From Clostridia bacterium (GTDB lineage: Bacteria; Bacillota; Clostridia; Oscillospirales; CAG-272), in the NCBI GenBank assembly GCA_017455185.1, contig JAFTBN010000017.1, positions 10,430-74,429 on the forward strand: a stretch of 64,000 nucleotides of DNA, written 5' to 3'. The notes under the pieces are model-generated. The model was not told where the DNA came from. It searched no databases and saw nothing but the letters and a program-made list of their open reading frames with translations. This document shows, piece by piece, positions 16,487 to 25,294 of this stretch. Made by a program: the position numbers and the translations under genes. Every line of letters begins with the position of its first letter. Within the stretch, counting starts at the first letter, position 1.

Positions 16487-17881
16487 ATGGCTCTAAACAA
16501 AGTTGAAAATGGCGAGCACAGCATCGCTAAGATGGAATTTACCATTGAGCGCGCCAGTTTTGATGCTGAAGTTGACAAAGTATTCAAGCAGAAATCCAAG
16601 AACATCTCCGTTCCCGGATTCCGCAAAGGACATGCACCCCGCAACATCATTGTCAAGATGTACGGTGAAGGTATTTTCTTTGACGATGCCCTGAACAATC
16701 TGCTTCCCGATGTATATGAAGCCGCGGTAAAGGAAGCGAACCTGAAAGTGGTCGGTCGTCCGAAAATCGATTTGGTTTCCATGGACGGCGATGTCATTCT
16801 CAGCGCAGAAGTTCCGGTTTATCCCGAAGTCAAAATAGGCGAATACAAAGGTCTTTCCGCTGTAAAGAAGGTGGAAGAAGTAACCGACGAAGAAGTCAAT
16901 CGTGAAATCAAGATGGTGCAGGAGCGCAACTCCCGCGAGACGTCCGTAACCGACCGTCCGGCACAAATCGATGATACCGTCGTGCTGGATTACGAAGGCA
17001 AGATTGACGATGTCCCGTTTGAAGGCGGAAAAGGATTGGATCAGAATCTCAAACTCGGTTCCAACACCTTCATTCCCGGATTTGAGGACCAGATTGTCGG
17101 TCATCGCGTAGACGATGCATTCGATGTCAACGTCACTTTCCCGGAGGATTATCACGCTGAAGAACTCAAAGGCAAGGCCGCCGTGTTCTCCTGCAAGCTC
17201 AAAGCCATCAACAAAATCGAACTCCCTGCCCTGGACGATGAGTTCGCCAAGGATGTGTCCGAATTCGACACCTATGCCGAATACGAAGCGGACGTACGTG
17301 CCAAGATTGCAAAGCGGCACGAAGAAAGCGCAGACATCGCATTTGAAAACGCCCTTCTTTCCAAACTGACCGAACTGATTGAAGCGGACATTCCAGAAGC
17401 CATGTTCGAAACAGAAGCAGAAAACCAGCTTCGTGATTTCGATAACCAGCTCAGAATGCAAGGCCTTGATCTGAACACCTACACCAAGTACACCGGCTCC
17501 ACTCTGGATACCCTCCGTCAGCATTTCAAGCCGCAGGCGGAACGGACCGTCAAGACCAGACTGGCACTGCTTGCTGTAGCCGACGCCGAAAAGATTGAAA
17601 TTTCGGACGAAGAAGTAGACGAGGAAATCAAATCTCTCGCTACGAAGTACAACATGGATGCAGACAAGGTTCGCGAGATGGTCAGCATCGATGACGTCAA
17701 GGAAGATCTGAAAGCAAAGAAGGCCGTAAAAGTTGTCAAAGACAACGCAACGATTCTGGACAAAGAACCCGAAAGTGAAACTGCGGAAAAGCCCGCTGAA
17801 GAAACGGAAGCGAAGAAACCCGCCAAGAAAACAACCCGGAAATCCAAGAAAGAATCGGCCGAGGAAGCGCCTGAAGCTTAA
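16487..17881 (+). CDS. tig: trigger factor
   Basis: It has the PGFRKGHAP ribosome-binding signature and an FKBP middle domain. ATG 16487 lies 5 nt after GGAGG, and the track start 16475 overlaps that RBS. There is a lysine/glutamate-rich C-terminal tail. Confidence 0.95.
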   Translation: MALNKVENGEHSIAKMEFTIERASFDAEVDKVFKQKSKNISVPGFRKGHAPRNIIVKMYGEGIFFDDALNNLLPDVYEAAVKEANLKVVGRPKIDLVSMDGDVILSAEVPVYPEVKIGEYKGLSAVKKVEEVTDEEVNREIKMVQERNSRETSVTDRPAQIDDTVVLDYEGKIDDVPFEGGKGLDQNLKLGSNTFIPGFEDQIVGHRVDDAFDVNVTFPEDYHAEELKGKAAVFSCKLKAINKIELPALDDEFAKDVSEFDTYAEYEADVRAKIAKRHEESADIAFENALLSKLTELIEADIPEAMFETEAENQLRDFDNQLRMQGLDLNTYTKYTGSTLDTLRQHFKPQAERTVKTRLALLAVADAEKIEISDEEVDEEIKSLATKYNMDADKVREMVSIDDVKEDLKAKKAVKVVKDNATILDKEPESETAEKPAEETEAKKPAKKTTRKSKKESAEEAPEA

Positions 17882-17967
17882 TAATTCCCGCGTACATATT
17901 CAAACATTTTATGCCGCTGGTTTTTTCAGCGGCATAAACATTATTCCATACAGAAAGGAATTTCACA

Positions 17968-18576
17968 ATGAAACAGAACGAAATTGCAAAATCCGCCCTG
18001 GTTCCCTACGTCGTAGAAAACGACAGCCGCGGCGAACGCTCCTATGATATTTTTTCCAGACTGCTCAAAGACCGTGTCATCATCCTGTCGGATGAGGTCA
18101 ACGATGCAACCGCATCGGTCGTTGTCGCGCAACTCCTCTTCCTTGAGGCACAGGATCCCGATAAAGACATCTCGCTTTACATCAACAGTCCCGGCGGCTC
18201 TGTCAGCGCAGGCATGGCCATTTACGACACAATGAATTTCATCAAATGCGACGTATCCACCATCTGTATCGGCATGGCGGCCAGCATGGGCGCTTTCCTG
18301 CTTTCTTCCGGAACCAAGGGCAAACGTTTTGCTCTGCCGAACAGCGAAATCATGATTCATCAGCCTTTGGGCGGAACCCAGGGACAGGCATCTGACATTC
18401 AGATTGAAGCGGAACACATTCTGAAAATCAAAACCCGCTTAAATCAGATTCTCGCGCAAAATACCGGAAAAGACCTCAAGGCCATTACCAAAGATACCGA
18501 TCGCAACAACTGGCTGACCAGTCAGGAAGCCGTTGCCTATGGCCTTATTGACAAGGTTTTGGACAAGCGCCCGTAA
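17968..18576 (+). CDS. clpP: ATP-dependent Clp protease proteolytic subunit
   Basis: [16 protein letters not shown] is present, with the catalytic Ser in GMAASMGA and His in MIHQPLGG. Confidence 0.97.
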   Translation: MKQNEIAKSALVPYVVENDSRGERSYDIFSRLLKDRVIILSDEVNDATASVVVAQLLFLEAQDPDKDISLYINSPGGSVSAGMAIYDTMNFIKCDVSTICIGMAASMGAFLLSSGTKGKRFALPNSEIMIHQPLGGTQGQASDIQIEAEHILKIKTRLNQILAQNTGKDLKAITKDTDRNNWLTSQEAVAYGLIDKVLDKRP

Positions 18577-18599
18577 CAATTCTTCCGAAAGAGGCCCTT

Positions 18600-19925
18600 A
18601 TGCCCAATCAACATTCTCCCAACGACAACACACAAAATCGGCGTTGCGCTTTCTGCAATCGGCCGGAAAGCGAAATCGATTATTTCCTTCCCGGCATTGA
18701 CCAGAACATCCTGATTTGCAATTACTGCATGGAACAGATTTACGAAGCCATGAAGGATTCGGATGAAATGACGGAAAAAGCCCCGTCGCCTTCGAACGAA
18801 CCTGGACCCGTGGAACTGAAAAAACCGATGGAAATCAAGGAAATTCTGGATCAGTATGTCATAGGACAGGACCAGGCCAAGATTGCGCTGAGCGTTGCCG
18901 TTTACAACCATTATAAGCGAATCAACGATTTGCGTGCCAAAACCGCCAAAAAATCCCAGAAAGGCAAAAAGAAGCAGCCGGAGAATCCGACAGTTGAAGA
19001 CGAAACCGATCTGGTCAAGAGCAACGTCCTGCTTCTCGGCCCTACCGGCGTAGGCAAAACCTATCTTGCCCAAACCCTGGCCCGCATCCTGAACGTTCCC
19101 TTTGCCATCGCAGACGCCACAACTCTGACAGAAGCCGGATACGTCGGCGAAGACGTGGAAAACATTCTTCTTCGACTGATTCAGGCCGCTGATTACGACA
19201 TTGAAAAAGCACAAACCGGTATCATCTACATCGATGAAATCGATAAAATTTCGCGCAAAAGCGAAAACCCGTCCATCACCCGGGATGTATCGGGCGAAGG
19301 CGTGCAGCAGGCTTTGCTTAAAATTTTGGAAGGTACGCTGGCTGCCGTTCCCCCTCAGGGCGGACGAAAGCACCCCGAAATGCAGACGCTCAAGATTGAC
19401 ACTACCAACATCCTGTTTATCTGCGGAGGCGCTTTTGACGGAATCGATAAGATCATCGGCCGTCGAAACGGGGAGAGCGAAATCGGATTTGGCGGAAAAG
19501 TCATCAAGAAAAAGGAACGTTCAGACGCAGGCATTTACAAGGGCGTCGAGCCGCATGATATCATCAAATACGGTCTGATTCCCGAACTGGTCGGACGCCT
19601 TCCCGTCATCGTGCCTTTGGATGAGTTGAACCGTGAGGCTCTGATCCGCATCCTGAAAGAACCGAAGAATTCTCTTCTCAAGCAATACAAGAAGCTCTTC
19701 GCCCTGGATCACGTTGACCTGGAATTTGAAGAGGATGCTTTGGAGGAAATCGCTTCCATCTCCATTGAGCGGTCCACCGGTGCCCGCGGTCTTCGTTCCA
19801 TCCTGGAAAACCTGATGATGGAATATATGTTTTCCATTCCTTCCCGCGACGACCTAAAAGGACTGATTATTACGCGGGACTGCGTACTGGGAAAAGGAAA
19901 ACCGGTTGAAATCCTCAAAAATTGA
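18600..19925 (+). CDS. clpX: ATP-dependent Clp protease ATP-binding subunit ClpX
   Basis: N-terminal zinc ribbon CAFCN...CNYC, Walker A GPTGVGKT and Walker [10 protein letters not shown]. Confidence 0.97.
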   Translation: MPNQHSPNDNTQNRRCAFCNRPESEIDYFLPGIDQNILICNYCMEQIYEAMKDSDEMTEKAPSPSNEPGPVELKKPMEIKEILDQYVIGQDQAKIALSVAVYNHYKRINDLRAKTAKKSQKGKKKQPENPTVEDETDLVKSNVLLLGPTGVGKTYLAQTLARILNVPFAIADATTLTEAGYVGEDVENILLRLIQAADYDIEKAQTGIIYIDEIDKISRKSENPSITRDVSGEGVQQALLKILEGTLAAVPPQGGRKHPEMQTLKIDTTNILFICGGAFDGIDKIIGRRNGESEIGFGGKVIKKKERSDAGIYKGVEPHDIIKYGLIPELVGRLPVIVPLDELNREALIRILKEPKNSLLKQYKKLFALDHVDLEFEEDALEEIASISIERSTGARGLRSILENLMMEYMFSIPSRDDLKGLIITRDCVLGKGKPVEILKN

Positions 19926-19930
19926 ATGTC

Positions 19931-19955
19931 GGGCAGCCAAACGGCTGCCCGTTTC
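19931..19955 (+). terminator. terminator after clpX
   Basis: GGGCAGCC-aaac-GGCTGCCC followed by GTTTCCTTCTTTC. Confidence 0.55.
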
Positions 19956-19982
19956 CTTCTTTCATTATATTTATGAAATATA

Positions 19983-20011
19983 TTGACAAACAAAAATTGT
20001 CATGTTATAAT
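19983..20011 (+). promoter_or_regulatory. consensus sigma-A promoter of rpsF-ssb-rpsR
   Basis: TTGACA (19983-19988), 17-nt spacer, TATAAT (20006-20011). The ORF-track start at 19983 is this -35 box read as a TTG codon. Confidence 0.7.
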
Positions 20012-20096
20012 AGCCCATTGGTACGGGAAAAATCCCGTCTCCTTACCATGCCAAATACGAAACCGGCATGGTCATATGTCCATAGGGAGGTTAAAC
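20012..20096 (+). ncRNA. structured 5' leader of rpsF (candidate S6:S18 autoregulatory element)
   Basis: Two hairpins: ACGGGA-aaaa-TCCCGT (20023-20038) and ACCATGCC-12 nt loop-GGCATGGT (20045-20072). They lie just upstream of the GGGAGG RBS. Confidence 0.3.
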
Positions 20097-20540
20097 ATGG
20101 ATATTACAAACATTTATGAGACCATGTTCGTCGTAAGCACAAAAATCGACGACGAGGCCATCAAAAACACTGTAAGCAAGTTTACTTCTCTGATTGCCAA
20201 CAACGGCGAAACCATCAAGGTCAGCGAATGGGGCAAGCGTCGTCTCGCTTATACCATCAATTACATGACCGAGGGTTATTTTGTAGTTGTCGCATTCAGA
20301 AGCAAACCGGAATTCCCGAATGAACTCGAGCGTCTGTACAGCATCGACGAAAACATCATCCGTTCCATCGTCGTTCGTCTGGAAGAAGAGCCGAAGGCAG
20401 ATGAAAAAGTGGAAGCGGAAGAGGCACCTGCTGCCGAAACCGTGGAAGAAGTGAAAGTGGAAGAACCCGCCGCTGCGGCTGAAGAAGAAGCAGCAGCACC
20501 CGAAGAGCCCGCCGCTGAAACCGCGGAGAGCGCAGAATAA
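20097..20540 (+). CDS. rpsF: 30S ribosomal protein S6 with long acidic/Ala-rich C-terminal extension
   Basis: Start at ATG 20097 (GGGAGG upstream). The core is YETMFVV...WGKRRLAYTI. The last roughly 50 aa are E/A/P-rich. Confidence 0.93.
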   Translation: MDITNIYETMFVVSTKIDDEAIKNTVSKFTSLIANNGETIKVSEWGKRRLAYTINYMTEGYFVVVAFRSKPEFPNELERLYSIDENIIRSIVVRLEEEPKADEKVEAEEAPAAETVEEVKVEEPAAAAEEEAAAPEEPAAETAESAE

Positions 20541-20564
20541 TCTGCCTGACAAAGGAGGCGCAAG

Positions 20565-21047
20565 ATGTCCAGCTTGAATTTAAACAAGGTCGTATTATGC
20601 GGTCGATTGACAGCAGACCCCGAATTAAAGCAAACCACACAGAATAACATCAATGTAGTTTCTTTTTCGCTGGCCGTCAATCGTCGTTATTCGTCCAGAA
20701 ATGAGAATGGTCAGCAGCAGCAGACAACCGACTTCATCAACGTAGTCGCATGGAGAAATACAGCCGAATTCATTTCCAAGTATTTCAAAAAGGGTTCTGC
20801 CATCTGCATCACCGGTTCTCTTCAGTCCCGCAGATGGACTGATCAACAGGGTCAGACTCGCTCCACATTGGAAGTAATCGTGGATGAAGCCATGTTCGTG
20901 GATTCCAGGAATGACAGCGCCGCTCGTGACGACAGTCAAAGCGGATTCGTCCCGAGTTCCTATACTTCCGGTTCGCAGAATCTTGCCTCGGGAAATGGCA
21001 ATGTCAATTTCGAGGATGTCAAGAGTGACGAAGACTTTCCCTTCTAA
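20565..21047 (+). CDS. ssb: single-stranded DNA-binding protein
   Basis: The OB-fold N-terminus is [22 protein letters not shown]. It has a disordered tail ending in the acidic tip DEDFPF. Confidence 0.95.
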   Translation: MSSLNLNKVVLCGRLTADPELKQTTQNNINVVSFSLAVNRRYSSRNENGQQQQTTDFINVVAWRNTAEFISKYFKKGSAICITGSLQSRRWTDQQGQTRSTLEVIVDEAMFVDSRNDSAARDDSQSGFVPSSYTSGSQNLASGNGNVNFEDVKSDEDFPF

Positions 21048-21082
21048 TCTGCAAAACACTACTTATTCGGAGGAATTATAAA

Positions 21083-21388
21083 ATGGATACAAATGAAGTT
21101 GCTGCTCCGGTTGCCGCTCCTCAGAGTGCTCCGGCTACACAGGCTCCGCAGACCGCAAGACCTGCAAGACCCATGGTCCGCAGAAGAAAAAAAGTTTGCA
21201 TTTTCTGTGCTGACAAAGTTTCCTACATCGATTATAAAGATGTTGCAAAATTGCGCAAATTTATCACCGAGAACGGAAAGATCCTTCCCAGACGTGTTTC
21301 CGGGACTTGCGCTGAGCATCAGCGCGAGCTGACAACGGCAATCAAGAGAGCTCGTACCATGGCTCTTCTGCCCTACGTCATTGATTAA
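21083..21388 (+). CDS. rpsR: 30S ribosomal protein S18 with Ala/Pro-rich N-terminal extension
   Basis: The core is [10 protein letters not shown]...[35 protein letters not shown]. About 25 extra N-terminal residues are A/P/Q-rich. Confidence 0.95.
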   Translation: MDTNEVAAPVAAPQSAPATQAPQTARPARPMVRRRKKVCIFCADKVSYIDYKDVAKLRKFITENGKILPRRVSGTCAEHQRELTTAIKRARTMALLPYVID

Positions 21389-21407
21389 TCGCACCAACCG
21401 TACATAC

Positions 21408-21436
21408 AAAAAAGCCTCTTTTCGGAGGCTTTTTTG
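21408..21436 (+). terminator. terminator after rpsR
   Basis: AAAAAAGCCTCT-tttc-GGAGGCTTTTTTGTTTTT. Confidence 0.8.
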
Positions 21437-21452
21437 TTTTTGCTTTATAAAC

Positions 21453-21479
21453 AAGGCGCCCGGCTTGGCCGGACGCCTT
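21453..21479 (-). terminator. probable terminator of the small lipoprotein gene
   Basis: AAGGCG...CGCCTT encloses a CCGG...CCGG inner stem. On the minus strand it is followed by GTTTAT. Confidence 0.45.
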
Positions 21480-21496
21480 ATCAATAAGATTCAATC

Positions 21497-21898
21497 TTAT
21501 TTCTTGGTCAGAGTCACAACACCGATGGTGATGGTCTTGTTTTCCTTGTTCTGGCTGAACGAAGACGTTTCGGAATGTTCTGTTCCATCTTTATCCTTCC
21601 ATGTGAAGGTGATGGTCATAGTCGTGGTCTTGTCGCCGTTGGAATTGGTTTCGGTCTTCTTGTCGATCTTGTAAGTTCCCTTCTGCTCGGTTGTGGTCGT
21701 GGAACCGAGAAGGGTACCGGTGGTGGTCAAGGTGTACTTGCTACCGCTGAACTTATAAGATGTGGAACCGCCTGCAACGCCTGCAAGGTCAGCTTTTGCT
21801 TCGTAGGTGCCGGAAAGGGTAACTCCACAAGATGCCAAAGCACTGACGGTCATGACAACCACGAGTGCTACTGCGATCAAACGAATTACGTTTTTCAT
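21497..21898 (-). CDS. small Thr/Lys-rich lipoprotein, function unknown
   Basis: 133 aa with a signal peptide and lipobox (VSALASC). The composition is beta-strand-rich and T/K/G-rich. Confidence 0.7.
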   Translation of the reverse strand: MKNVIRLIAVALVVVMTVSALASCGVTLSGTYEAKADLAGVAGGSTSYKFSGSKYTLTTTGTLLGSTTTTEQKGTYKIDKKTETNSNGDKTTTMTITFTWKDKDGTEHSETSSFSQNKENKTITIGVVTLTKK

Positions 21899-21996
21899 GG
21901 TAATTCTCCTTTATTGAATAATGTAATTAGAGTATAACACTCCGTGAGGAAAAAGTCAAGTTTTTTTATGTATTCGGAGCATCACAGAACCTTTTT

Positions 21997-23004
21997 TTAT
22001 TTATCCGTCCGATTCAGAACCCGATCCAGCGTTTTTGCGGAAAAGGAAGGAAAGTCCCCGAGAAACCAGATTTCGGATAACGGAATCCGGAAGGATTTCC
22101 CTTCCAGGTCCGCAAGATACCGGTTTTCATGCTCCTTTGAGAAGCGAAGGCAAAACGCATAGAGCGCCTGATGCTTGAAACCGTCTTTTCGTTCGTTCCG
22201 GTTGATTCCGTATTTTCCGTCTCCGAGCAAGGGATGTCCGATGTGTGCCATATGCGCCCTGATTTGATGGGTTCTTCCGGTCAGAAGTTCAATCAGGAGC
22301 AGCGCTTGGTCCCCGGTCTGTGCCAGCAGTTCGTAGCGGGTGGCGATTTCCTTGGATCCCGGAACCGGGCTGTCATAGACCCGGACCAGATTTTCTTTTT
22401 CATCCTTGCGAATAAATGCATGCAGGGTCTGCGACTTTTTCTGCGGGATTCCGTGCACGGCGCAAATGTAAAACTTTTCAAGTTCATCCTTCCGGATCCA
22501 TTCGTTCATGCAGCGCAGTGCTTCCGCATTCTTCGCCGCAAGCACCAGTCCGCCTGTGTTGCGGTCAATCCGGTTGCACAAGGCAGGAGCAAAAGACTGC
22601 TCCGTTTGAGGGTTGTATTCTCCCTTTTGATACAGATACGCCTGAACGTGGCGAATGAGGGTATTGTCGTTGTTTGCTTCATCCTCATGCACAAGTACGC
22701 CGGGGCGCTTGTTCAGAATCAGGATGTCCTTATCCTCATATACAATGTCAAGATTCGGACGGATGCGGGCAAGCGATGACTCGTCCCGCTCCTGTTTCTC
22801 GAACAGATCGGGCGGCAGAAACATCTGGATACAATCCCCGGCGGAAAGCATATATCCCGGCTGCGTTCTTGCCCGATTGACCTTGATTTTCTTGGTCCTC
22901 ACTGCTTTATACAGGAGCGAAGGAGGCAGATTCGGATAGGCTTTGGACAAAAACTTGTCCAGTCGCTGTCCGGCGTCATTTTGTAAAATCGTGATTTCTT
23001 TCAT
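21997..23004 (-). CDS. RluA-family (RluC/D-like) pseudouridine synthase
   Basis: 335 aa with an S4-like N-terminus (QRLDKFLSKAY) and a catalytic loop NRIDRNTGGLVLAAK, plus HQIRAHMAHIGHPLLGDGKYG. Confidence 0.9.
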   Translation of the reverse strand: MKEITILQNDAGQRLDKFLSKAYPNLPPSLLYKAVRTKKIKVNRARTQPGYMLSAGDCIQMFLPPDLFEKQERDESSLARIRPNLDIVYEDKDILILNKRPGVLVHEDEANNDNTLIRHVQAYLYQKGEYNPQTEQSFAPALCNRIDRNTGGLVLAAKNAEALRCMNEWIRKDELEKFYICAVHGIPQKKSQTLHAFIRKDEKENLVRVYDSPVPGSKEIATRYELLAQTGDQALLLIELLTGRTHQIRAHMAHIGHPLLGDGKYGINRNERKDGFKHQALYAFCLRFSKEHENRYLADLEGKSFRIPLSEIWFLGDFPSFSAKTLDRVLNRTDK

Positions 23005-23018
23005 GGTTCAAACCAAGC

Positions 23019-23045
23019 AAAAAGCAGGTATGGAACCTGCTTTTT
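23019..23045. terminator. terminator after upp (symmetrical hairpin)
   Basis: AAAAAGCAGGT-atgga-ACCTGCTTTTT, lying between the upp stop and the start of the RluA-family gene. Confidence 0.65.
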
Positions 23046-23054
23046 CTATCTGAA

Positions 23055-23684
23055 TCAAATCGTACCGAAAATACGGTCGCCGGCATCGCCCAATCCGGGA
23101 ACGATGTATGCGTTTTCATTCAGTTTTTCATCCAGCGCTGCCGTATAGATGTCTACATCGGGATGAGCGGCCTGTACTTTGGCTACGCCTTCGGGAGCGG
23201 AAACCAGACACATAAAACGGATGTTGGTGCATCCGCGATCCTTGAGTTTGGTCAGTGCGTCCACGGCAGAACCGCCGGTCGCCAGCATCGGATCAACCAG
23301 AATAACCAGACGCTGATTGATGTCGGGAGGCAGTTTGCAATAGTATTCAACCGGCAAATGGGTTTCGGGATCCCGATAAAGACCGATGTGCCCTACCTTG
23401 GCCACGGGAACCAGATTCAGCAACCCGTCCACCATTCCGAGTCCTGCACGGAGAATCGGGACAATGGCCAGTTTTCTTCCCTTTACCATCTGCGTCTTCA
23501 TTTTGCTGATCGGTGTTTCGATGTAAACGTCCTCCAGCGGCAAATCACGAGTCAGTTCATAACCCATCAGCATCGCAATCTCTTCCAGCAAATCACGAAA
23601 GTCCTTGGACCCGGTCTTTTTGTTCCGCATAATCGCAAGTTTATGCGTGATCAACGGATGATTTACAACATGTAGTTCACTCAT
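23055..23684 (-). CDS. upp: uracil phosphoribosyltransferase
   Basis: 209 aa with [11 protein letters not shown] at the N-terminus and the PRPP loop [12 protein letters not shown]. Confidence 0.97.
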   Translation of the reverse strand: MSELHVVNHPLITHKLAIMRNKKTGSKDFRDLLEEIAMLMGYELTRDLPLEDVYIETPISKMKTQMVKGRKLAIVPILRAGLGMVDGLLNLVPVAKVGHIGLYRDPETHLPVEYYCKLPPDINQRLVILVDPMLATGGSAVDALTKLKDRGCTNIRFMCLVSAPEGVAKVQAAHPDVDIYTAALDEKLNENAYIVPGLGDAGDRIFGTI

Positions 23685-23711
23685 AGCGAGCCTCCCCTAT
23701 TTACTGGTAAC

Positions 23712-23740
23712 ATTATACAACACGGGTTTCCCGTTTGCAA
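23712..23740 (-). promoter_or_regulatory. sigma-A type promoter of upp
   Basis: On the minus strand: TTGCAA, 17-nt spacer (containing the hairpin ACGGGaaaCCCGT), TATAAT. It lies about 27 nt upstream of the ATG. Confidence 0.55.
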
Positions 23741-23907
23741 GTACCGAAGCAAGTTTTTCTTCCCGACAAACACCCCGCCAAAGGAACCGTCAAAGGCGCC
23801 CCGAGCTGCCTGCGCGGCCGGACCAACCGGGAGCGTCTGACTGAAAAAAACGGTCGGAAGAGCCTGCCGGAAGAGGTTGCATTTCCTTGCAAAACTCGCA
23901 TTTTGAC

Positions 23908-23936
23908 TTGACGATACGGGGTGTTTTTGTTATACT
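23908..23936 (+). promoter_or_regulatory. sigma-A type promoter of mtaB
   Basis: TTGACG, 17-nt spacer, TATACT. Confidence 0.5.
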
Positions 23937-23975
23937 TTTTATGTTTCAGAACCCCAATTTCCCAGGAGATTTGTC

Positions 23976-25292
23976 ATGCCTTTTACCGCCGCCGTCTATA
24001 CTTTGGGTTGCAAAGTCAATCAATATGAATCCGAAGCCATTTGCGAGCGGCTCCAGCTTCTGCAGATTCAGATTCTTCCGCCCGAGGAGAAAGCCGACGT
24101 GTACATCATCAACACCTGCACCGTCACGGCCGAAGCAGACCGGAAAGCCAGGCAGTTTATTCGCAGGGCCATCGCGCAGAATCCCGAGGCCTATATACTG
24201 GTGGCCGGCTGTTATTCCCAGGCTTCCCCCGACGCGGTTTCCACAATACAGGGAGTCGACTATATCTGCGGAACAAGAAACAAAATGACCATACCGGATA
24301 AGGTCATGGAACTGCTCAGGAAAGGCAGCAAAAACGAGAAGCCGGAAATCAACGTTTCTTCCCTTCAGGCCTCGCTTGAAAAGATGGACATCCGCACGTT
24401 CGGGCGGACACGCTGCTACATCAAAATAGAAGACGGCTGTGAGAATCATTGCGCGTATTGCGCCATTCCCCTGGCCCGAGGGCCGGTTTCTTCCAGACCC
24501 GAATCCGAAATTGAAGAAGAAATAAACCGAATTCTCCGCGACGGCTGCCGTGAGATTGTGCTGACCGGCATTGAAGTAGCCTCTTACGGAAAGGATACCG
24601 GGAGCAGTCTTGTGGATTTGCTTGAACAGGTTGACGCCATTGAGGGCATGGTCCAGTTCAGGCTCAGTTCCATCGATCCTTCTGTCATGAGAGCCGACCT
24701 GGTTACACGTCTGGCCGGGCTGAAGCATCTGGCTCCTCATTTTCATCTGTCCCTTCAAAGCGGTTCCAGTTCCGTGCTGGTCGGAATGAAACGCAAATAC
24801 AATGCAGACCAGGCATCAGCCGCCATGAATCGGATCCGAGCGGCCATTCCGGACGTTCAGTTCACAGCCGATATCATCACCGGATTTCCGGGAGAAACCG
24901 AAGAACTGTTCGAGGAAACCATGCAATTTGTCCGATCGAATCCTCTTCTGCACATCCATGTATTCCCCTATTCGGGCCGGAAAGGAACCGCTGCCGTCTC
25001 CTTCCCCCATCAGGTGCCGGAAAATATCCGGCGCGAACGGGCTTCCCGTTTGATTGCATTGGGAGAACAGATCAAATCTCAGCTGCTGGAAACACAACTG
25101 GGGCGAACCGTTTCGGTTCTTGTGGAATCCTGGAAATCCGGAATCTGCACGGGACACACACCGAACTTTTTTGAAGTCTCCTTCCCCTCCGCCGTCGATT
25201 TGCGAGGCGAGCAGGTAAAGGTCGTGATCCATTCTCACAACGACAAGATCTGTCTGGGAGAGTTATGCGTCCAAACAAGGAAAGAAGGTTAA
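23976..25292 (+). CDS. mtaB: tRNA (N6-threonylcarbamoyladenosine) methylthiotransferase
   Basis: 438 aa with the UPF0004 N-terminal domain (YTLGCKVNQYESE), the radical-SAM motif CENHCAYCAIP and a C-terminal TRAM domain. Confidence 0.93.
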   Translation: MPFTAAVYTLGCKVNQYESEAICERLQLLQIQILPPEEKADVYIINTCTVTAEADRKARQFIRRAIAQNPEAYILVAGCYSQASPDAVSTIQGVDYICGTRNKMTIPDKVMELLRKGSKNEKPEINVSSLQASLEKMDIRTFGRTRCYIKIEDGCENHCAYCAIPLARGPVSSRPESEIEEEINRILRDGCREIVLTGIEVASYGKDTGSSLVDLLEQVDAIEGMVQFRLSSIDPSVMRADLVTRLAGLKHLAPHFHLSLQSGSSSVLVGMKRKYNADQASAAMNRIRAAIPDVQFTADIITGFPGETEELFEETMQFVRSNPLLHIHVFPYSGRKGTAAVSFPHQVPENIRRERASRLIALGEQIKSQLLETQLGRTVSVLVESWKSGICTGHTPNFFEVSFPSAVDLRGEQVKVVIHSHNDKICLGELCVQTRKEG

Positions 25293-25294
25293 GT

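Noticed and set aside
17921-17945. Hairpin ATGCCGCTG-gtttttt-CAGCGGCAT after tig, a possible terminator.
   Set aside because: There is no U-tract after the stem on the plus strand; AAACATTATT follows. clpP and clpX come next on the same strand, so it is more likely a processing or pause structure, or of no significance.
23713-23901. 62-codon ORF (MRVLQGNATSSGRLFRPFFSVRRSRLVRPRRQ...) in the upp-mtaB spacer.
   Set aside because: It has no RBS, and its Arg-rich composition is typical of a GC-rich non-coding frame. It overlaps the upp promoter. It is kept only as part of the GC-rich island observation.
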